NCBI GenBank assembly: GCA_965649205.1
Contig: CBFGJV010000013.1
Span: 10,566 to 74,565, forward strand
DNA length: 64,000 bases
Reading direction: 5' to 3'
Origin: a candidate division WOR-3 bacterium
GTDB taxonomy: Bacteria > Hydrothermota > Tepidihabitantia > Tepidihabitantales > Tepidihabitantaceae
Shown here: one piece after another, positions 8,139-17,310 of the stretch
Layout of the letters: every line of letters begins with the position of its first letter
Numbering within the stretch: the first letter of the stretch is position 1
Program-made: the position numbers and the translations under genes
Notes under the pieces: model-generated
What the model was told of the DNA's origin: nothing
The model's database searches: none
Seen by the model: the letters and a program-made list of their open reading frames with translations, nothing else

Positions 8139-9628
8139 TTCCGGCCCTTGACCTTATGCAAGGACGTTGTGTACGGTTGCAGCAAGGCGACTACAACCGT
8201 GTCAGTCATTACGACGCCGACCCCGTGGAACTGGCCATCCGCTTGGTAGAGGAAGGCGCCCGCCGACTGCACGTGGTGGATCTGGATGGGGCCCGCCTCG
8301 GCTCTCCGTGCAACTATTCCGCTATCCTGACTTTGGCCCAAGCTTTGCAACCTGCTTCCTGCTCTCTGCAGGTAGGCGGCGGGATTCGCACTGTAGAGCA
8401 GGCTCGGCTCTATTTGGACAATGGGGTTGATCGCATCGTATTAGGCACAGCCGCGGTTGAAACTCCTGACCTTATTTCTGCTCTTGTCCAACGCTACGAA
8501 CCCCGTCGCCTGGCCATCAGCCTTGACCTTGCCGGCAGTTTTCCGGCCATAAGAGGGTGGACAGAAACTGCTTCTCTATCTGCCGGCGAACTGTTCTCCG
8601 GACTGCGGCAGGCAGGTGTCAGCGTGTTTGTCATCACGGATACGCGACGGGACGGAATGCTCACCGGCCCCAACCTGGAGCTGGTGCGTCCGTTTGTGCA
8701 ACCCGGGCTGGAAATCATCGTGGCCGGAGGAGTAAGCCGCTACCGTGACCTTTTGGAGCTGAAGCGTCTGGGCGTGGCTGGCGTCATCATCGGCAAGGCT
8801 CTATATGAAAATCGACTGCAGTTGCGCCAGTGTCTTGATGTTATCCGCGAAAGAAGCGACCTCAGCCGCCGTATAATCCCCTGTCTGGACGTGAAAGACG
8901 GCCGTGTGGTCAAGGGCACGCATTTTCGTAATCTGCGTGATGCTGGAGACCCTCTGGAGCTGGGCCGACGTTACAGTGAAGATGGCGCAGACGAACTGGT
9001 ATTCCTGGACATTACCGCCACGGTGGAAGGACGCAAAGCCTGGCTCCAGCTTATCTCCCGTCTTGCCCGCCATCTGACTATTCCCTTCACTGTGGGCGGT
9101 GGAATCAGCACGCTTGCTGACATCAACGCTCTGCTTTGTGCCGGAGCAGACAAGGTGTCGCTCGGTACAGCCGCAGTACTCAACCCGGAACTGGTTGCTC
9201 AGGCGGCGCGCCAGTTTGGTTCGCAATGTTTGGTCGTGTCAGTGGACGCCCGCCGCCGGAACGACAGCTGGATATGTTACATCCGTGGCGGTACTCAGCC
9301 GACAGGCACAGATGCAGTGCAATTCGCCGCGCGGATGGCTCGGCTCGGAGCCGGCGAACTGCTGGTAAACAGTCTAGACCGGGACGGAACCGGGCAGGGA
9401 TATGATTTAGGTCTTTTGACCGCCATATGCCAGACTGTGAACATACCGGTCATTGCCTCTTCCGGAGCCGGCACCATTGAAGATTTTGTTCAGGTTTTGA
9501 CACTTACGCCAGTGGATGCGGTGCTGGCGGCAAGTGTATTTCACTACGAACTAATAAGCATCAGAAAACTGAAGGAGGTACTTTGCGCACACGGCATACC
9601 GGTCCGACAATGCGATTGCGAGACGTAA
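8129..9628 (+). CDS. hisA/hisF: HisA-HisF fusion (ProFAR isomerase plus IGP synthase cyclase)
   Basis: N-half IIPALDL..VRLQQG, HVVDLDGA, QVGGGIR; C-half from ~8861 RIIPCLDV, ADELVFLDI, PFTVGGGI, GADKV; one open frame. Confidence 0.92.
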   Translation: MQIIPALDLMQGRCVRLQQGDYNRVSHYDADPVELAIRLVEEGARRLHVVDLDGARLGSPCNYSAILTLAQALQPASCSLQVGGGIRTVEQARLYLDNGVDRIVLGTAAVETPDLISALVQRYEPRRLAISLDLAGSFPAIRGWTETASLSAGELFSGLRQAGVSVFVITDTRRDGMLTGPNLELVRPFVQPGLEIIVAGGVSRYRDLLELKRLGVAGVIIGKALYENRLQLRQCLDVIRERSDLSRRIIPCLDVKDGRVVKGTHFRNLRDAGDPLELGRRYSEDGADELVFLDITATVEGRKAWLQLISRLARHLTIPFTVGGGISTLADINALLCAGADKVSLGTAAVLNPELVAQAARQFGSQCLVVSVDARRRNDSWICYIRGGTQPTGTDAVQFAARMARLGAGELLVNSLDRDGTGQGYDLGLLTAICQTVNIPVIASSGAGTIEDFVQVLTLTPVDAVLAASVFHYELISIRKLKEVLCAHGIPVRQCDCET

Positions 9629-10248
9629 AAAAACTGGACTTTGCCAAGTTGAACGGCTTGATACCTGCGGTCATCCAGGATGCTGCCGACCGCCGGGTAC
9701 TTATGCTGGGTTTTTTGGACGAAACCGCGCTCCGGCGTACCCTGCGGGAAAACAAGGTTACTTTCTGGAGCCGTTCCCGGCAGCGCTACTGGCAGAAGGG
9801 GGAAACTTCTGGCAATTTCCTGCGCGTAGTTTCGGTGGCTACTGATTGCGACCGGGATGCGGTATTGATAACCGTGCAAACTTCCGGCCCGGTCTGTCAT
9901 ACTGGAGCAGACAGTTGTTTTGACCCGGTTGTATTTACGGCCGACTCGGCCGCCTTTCTGGACCAGCTGTACCGAATCATCCTGGACCGCAAGGAAAAAC
10001 TCCCCTCCAGTTCCTATACCACCAAACTGCTTTCCGGTGGTCTGCCGCTGCTCACCAGCAAAGTGGTGGAAGAATCTGTGGAAACGTGCCAGGCGGCAAG
10101 GAAGGAGTCAGCAGGCAGACTGGCTGCCGAGGCAGCTGACCTGCTCTTTCATCTTCTTGTTCTTTTGGCAGCAAGGGAAGTATCGTTGTCTCAGGTAATG
10201 ACTGTACTCAAGAATCGTCATATTTCTTTTTCAAGGAGGAAAAAGTGA
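9610..10248 (+). CDS. hisIE: Bifunctional phosphoribosyl-AMP cyclohydrolase / phosphoribosyl-ATP pyrophosphatase
   Basis: W.KGETSGN, DCDRD, CHTG..SCF, SYT..L, KVVEE, EAADLLFH. Confidence 0.95.
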   Translation: MRLRDVKKLDFAKLNGLIPAVIQDAADRRVLMLGFLDETALRRTLRENKVTFWSRSRQRYWQKGETSGNFLRVVSVATDCDRDAVLITVQTSGPVCHTGADSCFDPVVFTADSAAFLDQLYRIILDRKEKLPSSSYTTKLLSGGLPLLTSKVVEESVETCQAARKESAGRLAAEAADLLFHLLVLLAAREVSLSQVMTVLKNRHISFSRRKK

Positions 10249-11150
10249 GCATCATCTCTGCCATTGGCAATACGCCTCTCGTAGAACTGACCAATCTGCA
10301 TTCTGGCCCGAACCGTATCCTGGCCAAGTTTGAAGGTGCCAATCCCGGTGGGTCAGTCAAAGACCGGCCGGCCCTGTATATGATAAGGCGGGCCGAAGCA
10401 GCCGGAGAGTTGACTAAAGACAAAACCATTCTGGAAGCCACTTCTGGTAACACCGGCATCGCTCTGGCTATGATAGGTGCGGCGAAGGGTTATAGGGTGC
10501 AACTGATGTTGCCCGAATGCGTGAGCGTGGAACGTCGCCATGTCCTTGAGGCGTTTGGAGCCAAAGTGGTGCTGACGCCGGCAGCAGAAGGCACAGATGG
10601 AGCCATTCGCCGCTGTCGAGAGCTTATCGCCCGCGAGCCCGAGCACTACTATATGCCCGACCAGTTCACCAACGAATGCAATATCTTAGCCCACTACGAG
10701 ACTACCGGGCCGGAAATCTGGCGTCAGACTGAGGGGACAGTGGACATTTTCGTGGCCGGTCTTGGTACTTCCGGAACCCTGATGGGAGTAGGCAGATATC
10801 TGAAGGAGAAGAAACCTTCGGTACGGATTGTGGCGGTAGAACCCACACCCGGCCACCGGATTCAAGGGCTGAAGAATATGTCGGAGTCCATCGTGCCGGC
10901 TATCTACGACCCGCAAATGTTAGACGAGAAACTCACGGTTGAAGACGAGGAAGCATTTCACTTTACCCGTCTGCTGGCTACCCAAGAAGGTATTTTCGCC
11001 GGTATGTCAAGCGGTGCGGCTGTTGCTGGCGCTCTGCGCCTTGCCCGCACCACCAGCGGAGCCACTATCGTCGTCCTTTTGCCCGACCGCGGCGAACGAT
11101 ATCTGAGCACCGGACTTTTCCGCTCGGTCTGTGGCCGCTGTTCTCCCTAA
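10245..11150 (+). CDS. cysM: PLP-dependent cysteine synthase (CysM/CysK family)
   Basis: IGNTPLV, NPGGSVKDR, EATSGNTG, GTSGT, GMSSGA, LPDRGERYLS. Confidence 0.9.
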   Translation: MSIISAIGNTPLVELTNLHSGPNRILAKFEGANPGGSVKDRPALYMIRRAEAAGELTKDKTILEATSGNTGIALAMIGAAKGYRVQLMLPECVSVERRHVLEAFGAKVVLTPAAEGTDGAIRRCRELIAREPEHYYMPDQFTNECNILAHYETTGPEIWRQTEGTVDIFVAGLGTSGTLMGVGRYLKEKKPSVRIVAVEPTPGHRIQGLKNMSESIVPAIYDPQMLDEKLTVEDEEAFHFTRLLATQEGIFAGMSSGAAVAGALRLARTTSGATIVVLLPDRGERYLSTGLFRSVCGRCSP

Positions 11151-11162
11151 AAGGAGACCTGA

Positions 11163-12482
11163 ATGATAGTAATGAAATTCGGTGGTACGTCTGTGGCTGA
11201 TGCCGCAGCCATTAGGCAAGTGGCAGATATTGTCGGCTCCCGGCTTGCTCTTCGCCCCGTCGTGGTCGTAAGCGCCATGGCTGGCGTGACGGATACGCTC
11301 ATTCGACTCTGCAAAGAACCAGATTGCCGCAAGACGGAAACTGCCCGCCTGGTGAAACGACACTTGAAGACAGCCCGGGAACTAGGCCTGGACGAAACCA
11401 CCGTCGCAGCAGAATTAGCTGAACTGGAGCAAACTGTGTTTCGTTGCGGCCAACGTCGGAAACTCTCTTCGGCCGAGACCGACCTTATCCTCTCCTTCGG
11501 CGAAAGACTCTCAGCCCGATTGGTAGCCGGGTACCTAAACCAGACAGTTGCGCCGGCTAAGCCAGTAATGAGCTATGAAGCGGGGTTGGTGACCGATGCC
11601 AACTTTGGATGCGCTGAACCTCTGCCTGTGTCGCGCATCAACCTGCGTCGCTCGCTTTCTCGCATCAGAGAACTGTCCGTGATTACCGGTTTTCTGGGAC
11701 GAACTCCAGATTGTCACCTGACTACGTTGGGACGAGGTGGTTCTGATTTCACCGCCGCATACGTGGGTGCCGCTCTGGGTGCCCGCCGGGTGGAAATATG
11801 GACAGACGTGGACGGAATAATGACTGCCGACCCCAGAGTAGTGCCCGGCGCCCGTACCGTTTCCCGTCTGTCTTTTGCCGAGGCTGCCGAGCTGGCTTAT
11901 TTTGGCGCCAAGGTGCTCCACCCCAAGACTTTGCTTCCTGCCATAGAAATGAACATACCGGTATGGGTGCTCAATACTTTCCGTCCTGCCGGAAATGGTA
12001 CGATCGTGACCCGGTCCAGCCGAAAGAGCGCAGAAGTGGTGAAAGCTATCGCCTGCAAGAGAAACATCCATGTACTTAACGTGGTATCCACCCGCATGTT
12101 GATGGCGCATGGGTTTCTCGCCCGGCTGTTTCAGGTGTTTGCCGACCTGGAAATCGTAGTCGACCTACTCGCAACTAGCGAAGTCTCTGTTTCCCTGACG
12201 GTGGACTGTCCAGACCGGCTGCAAGAGGCGTCGCGTCGCCTCGCTCGTCTGGCCGAAGTACGTCTGGAACAAAATCGTGCGTTGGTGTGTGTGGTTGGCG
12301 ATGGCATAGGCAAGACCCCGGGACTTGCCGGCGCCGTCTTCTCCATCTTGGGAAAGGCCGGCATCAATGTGGAGATGATTTCTCAAGGCGCATCGCGTAC
12401 TAATCTGTCCTTTGTTGTGGACAACAGATACTCCCGCCGGTGCGTCCGCCTGCTGCATGGCTACTTCTTCGGCAACAAATGA
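11163..12482 (+). CDS. lysC: Aspartate kinase
   Basis: MKFGGTSV, VVVVSAM, TLGRGGSD, WTDVDG, GAKVLHP, two C-terminal ACT domains. Confidence 0.95.
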   Translation: MIVMKFGGTSVADAAAIRQVADIVGSRLALRPVVVVSAMAGVTDTLIRLCKEPDCRKTETARLVKRHLKTARELGLDETTVAAELAELEQTVFRCGQRRKLSSAETDLILSFGERLSARLVAGYLNQTVAPAKPVMSYEAGLVTDANFGCAEPLPVSRINLRRSLSRIRELSVITGFLGRTPDCHLTTLGRGGSDFTAAYVGAALGARRVEIWTDVDGIMTADPRVVPGARTVSRLSFAEAAELAYFGAKVLHPKTLLPAIEMNIPVWVLNTFRPAGNGTIVTRSSRKSAEVVKAIACKRNIHVLNVVSTRMLMAHGFLARLFQVFADLEIVVDLLATSEVSVSLTVDCPDRLQEASRRLARLAEVRLEQNRALVCVVGDGIGKTPGLAGAVFSILGKAGINVEMISQGASRTNLSFVVDNRYSRRCVRLLHGYFFGNK

Positions 12483-13714
12483 AGCTGACCACAAGGAACA
12501 ATCAGTTGCTGTGGGGCGGCGTAAACTGCGAAAAACTGGCTCGCCAATACGGCACGCCGCTGTATGTGTACGACGAATTCGTTATTCGCCGCCAGGCTCG
12601 CCGCCTCCGTCAAGCATTCTCTGCCTGTTCTCCTAGGCTGCTCTACTCTGCCAAAGCAAACACCAACCTTTCTATTCTTCGCGTGCTCCGGGAAGAGGGA
12701 TACGGACTTGATGTTGTTTCCCCAGGCGAAATTCTTCTCGCCCTGCGGGTCGGCTTCAGTCCCCGCGACATCCTCTACACCGGCAACAATCAGACTGAAG
12801 CGGAATTGTGCTTCGCTTTGAGCAGAGGGGTGGCTGTAACAATAGATTCTCTTTCTGCTCTGAAACTATTCGGCAAACTGCGGCCGGGCGGAAAACTCGC
12901 CGTACGTATCAATCCCGCCATAGGAGCAGGTCATCACGCCCACGTCATCACCGGTGGCCCGGAATCCAAGTTTGGCGTCTGGGTAGGTCAGCTTGAAGAA
13001 ATACTGCGGCTGGCAGCGCATTACCGTCTGAAAATAGTCGGCTTGCATCAGCACATTGGCTCCGGTATCCGTTCGGTGCAAATTTTTCTACGCGCAATGT
13101 CCGCACTCCTGAGGATAGCTGACTCTTGCCCGGACTTGGAATTCCTGAATTTGGGCGGCGGTCTGGGCGTACCCTATACACCACGTCAGCGACCTCTGGA
13201 CGTTTCGCGTCTGGGCAGGGCCGTCTGCCAACGTTTCCGCAACTTTTGCCAGAGGTATGGCCGTCGGCTGCGGCTTCTCCTTGAACCAGGTCGCTATCTG
13301 GTAGCCGAATCTGGTATCCTCTTGACCCGTGTAACTACAGTGAAAAGCACGCCTGGGCACACATTTGTCGGCACCGATTCCGGTTTCAACCACCTCATCC
13401 GGCATCCCCTTTACGGCGCACATCACGAAATAGTGAATGCCAGCCGCGTACGCGGACCGCGTCAATTTGTCGCCGTGGCAGGTAACATCTGCGAAAGCGG
13501 TGATTTGTTCACCCATGGCCGCAACATAACTGCTCCGCGAGAAGGAGACCTGTTAGCAGTTCTTAACGCCGGCGCTTACGGTTACGTGATGGCCAACCAG
13601 TACAACTCCCGACCCCGACCAGCAGAAGTAATGGTCAGGGCTGGCCGCTCTCGCCTTATCCGCGCCCGGGAAACACTTTCTGACCTCCTGCGCGGTCAAA
13701 CAATCGGCAATTGA
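12479..13714 (+). CDS. lysA: Diaminopimelate decarboxylase
   Basis: GTPLYVYD, YSAKAN, SKFG, HQHIGS, LEPGR, GNICESGD, GAYG, YNSRPR; ATGA overlap with lysC. Confidence 0.95.
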   Translation: MKLTTRNNQLLWGGVNCEKLARQYGTPLYVYDEFVIRRQARRLRQAFSACSPRLLYSAKANTNLSILRVLREEGYGLDVVSPGEILLALRVGFSPRDILYTGNNQTEAELCFALSRGVAVTIDSLSALKLFGKLRPGGKLAVRINPAIGAGHHAHVITGGPESKFGVWVGQLEEILRLAAHYRLKIVGLHQHIGSGIRSVQIFLRAMSALLRIADSCPDLEFLNLGGGLGVPYTPRQRPLDVSRLGRAVCQRFRNFCQRYGRRLRLLLEPGRYLVAESGILLTRVTTVKSTPGHTFVGTDSGFNHLIRHPLYGAHHEIVNASRVRGPRQFVAVAGNICESGDLFTHGRNITAPREGDLLAVLNAGAYGYVMANQYNSRPRPAEVMVRAGRSRLIRARETLSDLLRGQTIGN

Positions 13715-13738
13715 CAGACAGTCTCCGGACGCTATAAT
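13711..13738 (+). promoter_or_regulatory. Sigma70-type promoter of trpB2
   Basis: TTGACA(13711-16)-N16-TATAAT(13733-38), overlapping the lysA stop codon. Confidence 0.8.
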
Positions 13739-13746
13739 GCCCGCGA

Positions 13747-13833
13747 ATGGCTGACGGCCTCAATCTCATGCGGAGCAGCGCTTGGCGCTGGTGCCCTGCT
13801 TTGCCAGGGAGGTTGGGGCTGATTCGGCCATAA
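13747..13833 (+). CDS. trpL: Putative trp leader peptide (28 aa)
   Basis: MADGLNLMRSSAWRWCPALPGRLGLIRP; TGG codons at 13783 and 13789. Confidence 0.75.
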   Translation: MADGLNLMRSSAWRWCPALPGRLGLIRP

Positions 13834-13852
13834 CGGCTTAGAATTGCCCAAC

Positions 13853-13884
13853 AACCACCTGGCAATGCCAGGTGGTTTCTTTTT
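13853..13884 (+). terminator. trp attenuator terminator
   Basis: AACCACCTGGC-AAT-GCCAGGTGGTT then TCTTTTT; antiterminator 13801-13818 pairs with 13847-13865. Confidence 0.85.
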
Positions 13885-13931
13885 AGGGCAAAGACGATAG
13901 TAGAACCGTAAACAGAAGAAAGGAGAAGCAT

Positions 13932-15287
13932 ATGTCCGAACAACGTATACTGCTCAGCCCGAAGGAAATCCCGCAGGCTTGGTACAATATAATACCAGAC
14001 CTGCCCGCACCACCCAGTCCGCCCCTGCATCCGGGAACCCATCAGCCGGTCACCCCCGCGGACCTGAATCGGGTTTTTCCTCTGGAGCTTATCCGCCAGG
14101 AAGCCACCTCCGAACCCTTCGTTCCTATTCCGGAACCGGTACTGGAAGTGTATCGGTTGTGGCGGCCAACCCCGCTGTGCCGAGCCCGCAACCTGGAACA
14201 GGCCCTTAATACTCCAGCTCGCATCTACTACAAGAACGAAAGCACCAGCCCGGCCGGTAGCCACAAACCCAATACGGCTGTAGCTCAGGCGTACTACAAC
14301 AAACAGGAAGGCGTGACTAGGCTCTGTACCGAGACCGGAGCCGGACAGTGGGGTAGCGCTCTGTCCTTTGCCTGTCAGCACTTCGGTCTGAAGTGCACCG
14401 TGTATATGGTAAAGGTCAGCTATCAGCAGAAGCCCCAGCGTAAATCACTGATGGAAGTATGGGGAGCCGAGGTATTCGCTTCTCCCAGCGATCGCACCAA
14501 CTTTGGTCGCAAGGTGCTGGCCGAAAACCCCAACTCATCTGGCAGTCTGGGGATTGCCATCTCCGAAGCTCTGGAAGATGCGACCAGTCACGACGAAGCC
14601 AAATACTCTCTGGGCAGTGTACTGAATCACGTTCTTTTGCACCAGACCATAATCGGCCTGGAGTTGAAACAGCAGTTGCAGATAGCTGAAGAAAAGCCGG
14701 ACGTTATCGTCGGCTGCGTTGGCGGCGGCAGCAACTTTGCTGGCGCTGTTTTCCCCTTCGTCCAGGATAAGCTCAAAGGAAATGATATCCGCTTCGTGGC
14801 GGTGGAACCGACCGCTTGCCCTACCCTGACCAAAGGTCCTTACCGCTACGATTTCGGTGATACCGCTGGAATGACTCCCCTTCTCAAAATGCACACCCTG
14901 GGCCACTCCTTCATGCCTTCGGGCATTCATGCCGGAGGCCTGCGCTACCACGGTATGGCCCCTCTGGTCTCCCTGCTCGTCAATCAGAAACTTATCGAGC
15001 CGCGCGCTTACCCTCAGACGGCAACCTTTGATGCTGCCTTGCTCTTTGCCCGCACCGAAGGCGTCCTGCCTGCACCCGAAACGTCTCATGCCATCAAAGC
15101 CGCAGTAGATGAAGCAATCCGGTGTAAGGAAACCGGCGAAGAAAAATGCATAGTTATCGCCTTCAGCGGTCACGGTCACTTTGACCTGGCTGCCTACGAA
15201 GACTTTCTGGCCGGCAAACTTACCGACTATGAACATCCGGAGGAAAAAATCGAGCAGGCGCTCAGGGAGCTGCCGCCCATTGGTTGA
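13932..15287 (+). CDS. trpB2: TrpB-like PLP enzyme (TrpB2)
   Basis: [61 protein letters not shown]. Confidence 0.95.
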   Translation: MSEQRILLSPKEIPQAWYNIIPDLPAPPSPPLHPGTHQPVTPADLNRVFPLELIRQEATSEPFVPIPEPVLEVYRLWRPTPLCRARNLEQALNTPARIYYKNESTSPAGSHKPNTAVAQAYYNKQEGVTRLCTETGAGQWGSALSFACQHFGLKCTVYMVKVSYQQKPQRKSLMEVWGAEVFASPSDRTNFGRKVLAENPNSSGSLGIAISEALEDATSHDEAKYSLGSVLNHVLLHQTIIGLELKQQLQIAEEKPDVIVGCVGGGSNFAGAVFPFVQDKLKGNDIRFVAVEPTACPTLTKGPYRYDFGDTAGMTPLLKMHTLGHSFMPSGIHAGGLRYHGMAPLVSLLVNQKLIEPRAYPQTATFDAALLFARTEGVLPAPETSHAIKAAVDEAIRCKETGEEKCIVIAFSGHGHFDLAAYEDFLAGKLTDYEHPEEKIEQALRELPPIG

Positions 15288-15505
15288 CCTACTTGGCGCA
15301 GAACCTGTCTTCTCGCCGATGCGAAACCGGAAGAAAGCTCTGTTATCCTGCAGGACCCAGGCCTATGGGTTTGCGAGCGGGGCTTTCTTCCGGTTTCCCT
15401 CTAGAAGTCCCACATAACCAGCGGGAACAGGTGTCTGCGCGAGTCAGTTGCAGCCACCCTAAACTCTCCAACACACCCTGCACAGATTCAAGGTAATGTG
15501 TCAGA

Positions 15506-16873
15506 TTAAGTAGCGTCGTTCCACAGTCTGACAGAAAATTCCTTTGCTGCTGCCAGTGCCCGCTCAGATAAAAGTCGCTTTTTCTCCCGTCCTTTTGCTT
15601 TGGACTCCAGCGGCGGCAACAGGCCAAAGTTGGCATTCATCGGCTGAAAACTTGGCACCCTATCTTCTGTGCTTGTAGCAGAACTATTATCTTCGTTCTC
15701 ACAACCTGTGCCAGCTACATAGAGTAGCAGGCTTCCCAGCATCGTTTCCTGGGGTGGCACAACCGGCTTCAGGCCCCGCACCCATCTGGCCGCATTAGTA
15801 CCCGCGATCAGTCCGGCGCCGATTGACTCTACATATCCTTCTACCCCGGTCAGTTGTCCGGCAATGAACAAATCCGGCCGCGCCCGAGTCTGCAAAGTAG
15901 GCAAGAGAACCTTTGGCCCGTGCAGATACGTATTCCTGTGCATCGAACCATAGCGCAGAAATTCAGCCTTCTCCAAACCCGGGATCATTCGGAACACCCG
16001 AGCTTGTTCGCTGTACTTCAACCTGGTCTGGAAACCAACCAGGTTATACATCGTGCCGGCGGCATTCTCCCGGCGCAACTGGACAACCGCAAAAGGTCTC
16101 CTGCCTGTTGTCGGATCGAACAGGCCTACCGGCTTCATCGGTCCGTACGCCGGCGCCAGCCTGCCCCTTCTGGCAATCTCTTCTATGGGCAGACAGCCGG
16201 CAAAAAATTTCTTCTGCTCAAACTCGTGTGCCGGATGCAATTCCGCCTCGAGCAATGCTTCAATGAACCGGTTATATTCCTCCTCCGTCATAGGACAATT
16301 CAGATAATCCGCTCCCGCGCCGTAGCGCGAACCGACAAACACCCGGTTCATATCTACAGACTCGGCAGTCACAATCGGTGCGATGGCATCGTAGAAGAAT
16401 AAACTTTCTGCTCCCAGAAGTGTCTGCAACTCCTCTGCCAGCGCAGGCGACGTCAAAGGTCCGGAAGCAACAACGCAAACCGCATCCTGAAAACCCGGAC
16501 GCGAAAATTCCTTCACTTCCTCTCTCACAACTTCTACTCCTGCCCGGTTCAACTCTGTCTGCACCTCGGCGGAAAACCGCCTGCGGTCCACCACCAGGGC
16601 TCTGCCGCCCGGAATCCGCGCCCGTTCTGCACACGCAAGCAGAACCGAACCCAGAATCCGCAACTCGGCCTTGAGAAGTCCGTGTGCGTTATGGGGCTCA
16701 TCTGACTTCAAGGAATTGGAACAGACCAGTTCGGCCACATCTCCGGTCTGGTGCGCCTCGGTCATCCTCACCGGCCGCATCTCCCAGAGCCGCACCGCCA
16801 CGCCGTGGCGGGCGCATTGCAAAGCTGCCTCGCAACCTGCCAGCCCTGCGCCGATAACCGTCACGCGGTCCAA
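15506..16873 (-). CDS. trmFO: Folate/FAD-dependent tRNA m5U54 methyltransferase TrmFO
   Basis: VIGAGLAGCEAA, ELVCSNS, FFYDAIAP, GPMKPVG, NLVGFQT, GQLTGVEGY.ES, FQPMNANFG. Confidence 0.96.
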   Translation of the reverse strand: MDRVTVIGAGLAGCEAALQCARHGVAVRLWEMRPVRMTEAHQTGDVAELVCSNSLKSDEPHNAHGLLKAELRILGSVLLACAERARIPGGRALVVDRRRFSAEVQTELNRAGVEVVREEVKEFSRPGFQDAVCVVASGPLTSPALAEELQTLLGAESLFFYDAIAPIVTAESVDMNRVFVGSRYGAGADYLNCPMTEEEYNRFIEALLEAELHPAHEFEQKKFFAGCLPIEEIARRGRLAPAYGPMKPVGLFDPTTGRRPFAVVQLRRENAAGTMYNLVGFQTRLKYSEQARVFRMIPGLEKAEFLRYGSMHRNTYLHGPKVLLPTLQTRARPDLFIAGQLTGVEGYVESIGAGLIAGTNAARWVRGLKPVVPPQETMLGSLLLYVAGTGCENEDNSSATSTEDRVPSFQPMNANFGLLPPLESKAKGREKKRLLSERALAAAKEFSVRLWNDAT

Positions 16874-17310
16874 AGAGTCAAATCTCCTTCTACATCAAGA
16901 CGTGCCGTCCAGAAACTAGGAAGGCGGCCGAGGTATTGTTCTCGCACGTCGCCCACCCAACTATGGCAGCGGTTTTAGGCTCAACCGAATAGGCGCGCAC
17001 AAGCGCAACCGAAAGACGCAACACCGCCGGCACAGGGAAAGTCTGCCGCATGCTCATGCCCTCAGTATCGGTGAATTCTTTTATCCGTCAATGACCTGAC
17101 CGTTCCTCAAGGGCGTGCTGGAACACCTATTTGGTATTGTTTACGGTTCAGCGGCATAGGGACGAGTTAGCCCGAAAAAGTGTGCAATTGTCTTCATCTG
17201 CGTAATCTGGCTGGCAGGAGGATAGCTGGGAGTATGGAATGCTGGCGGAAAGTTGCCTGCTGCCCGAGGGAGTTTTGACTTGGCAGGGAGGGAGGTTAGC
17301 ATATGACTGG

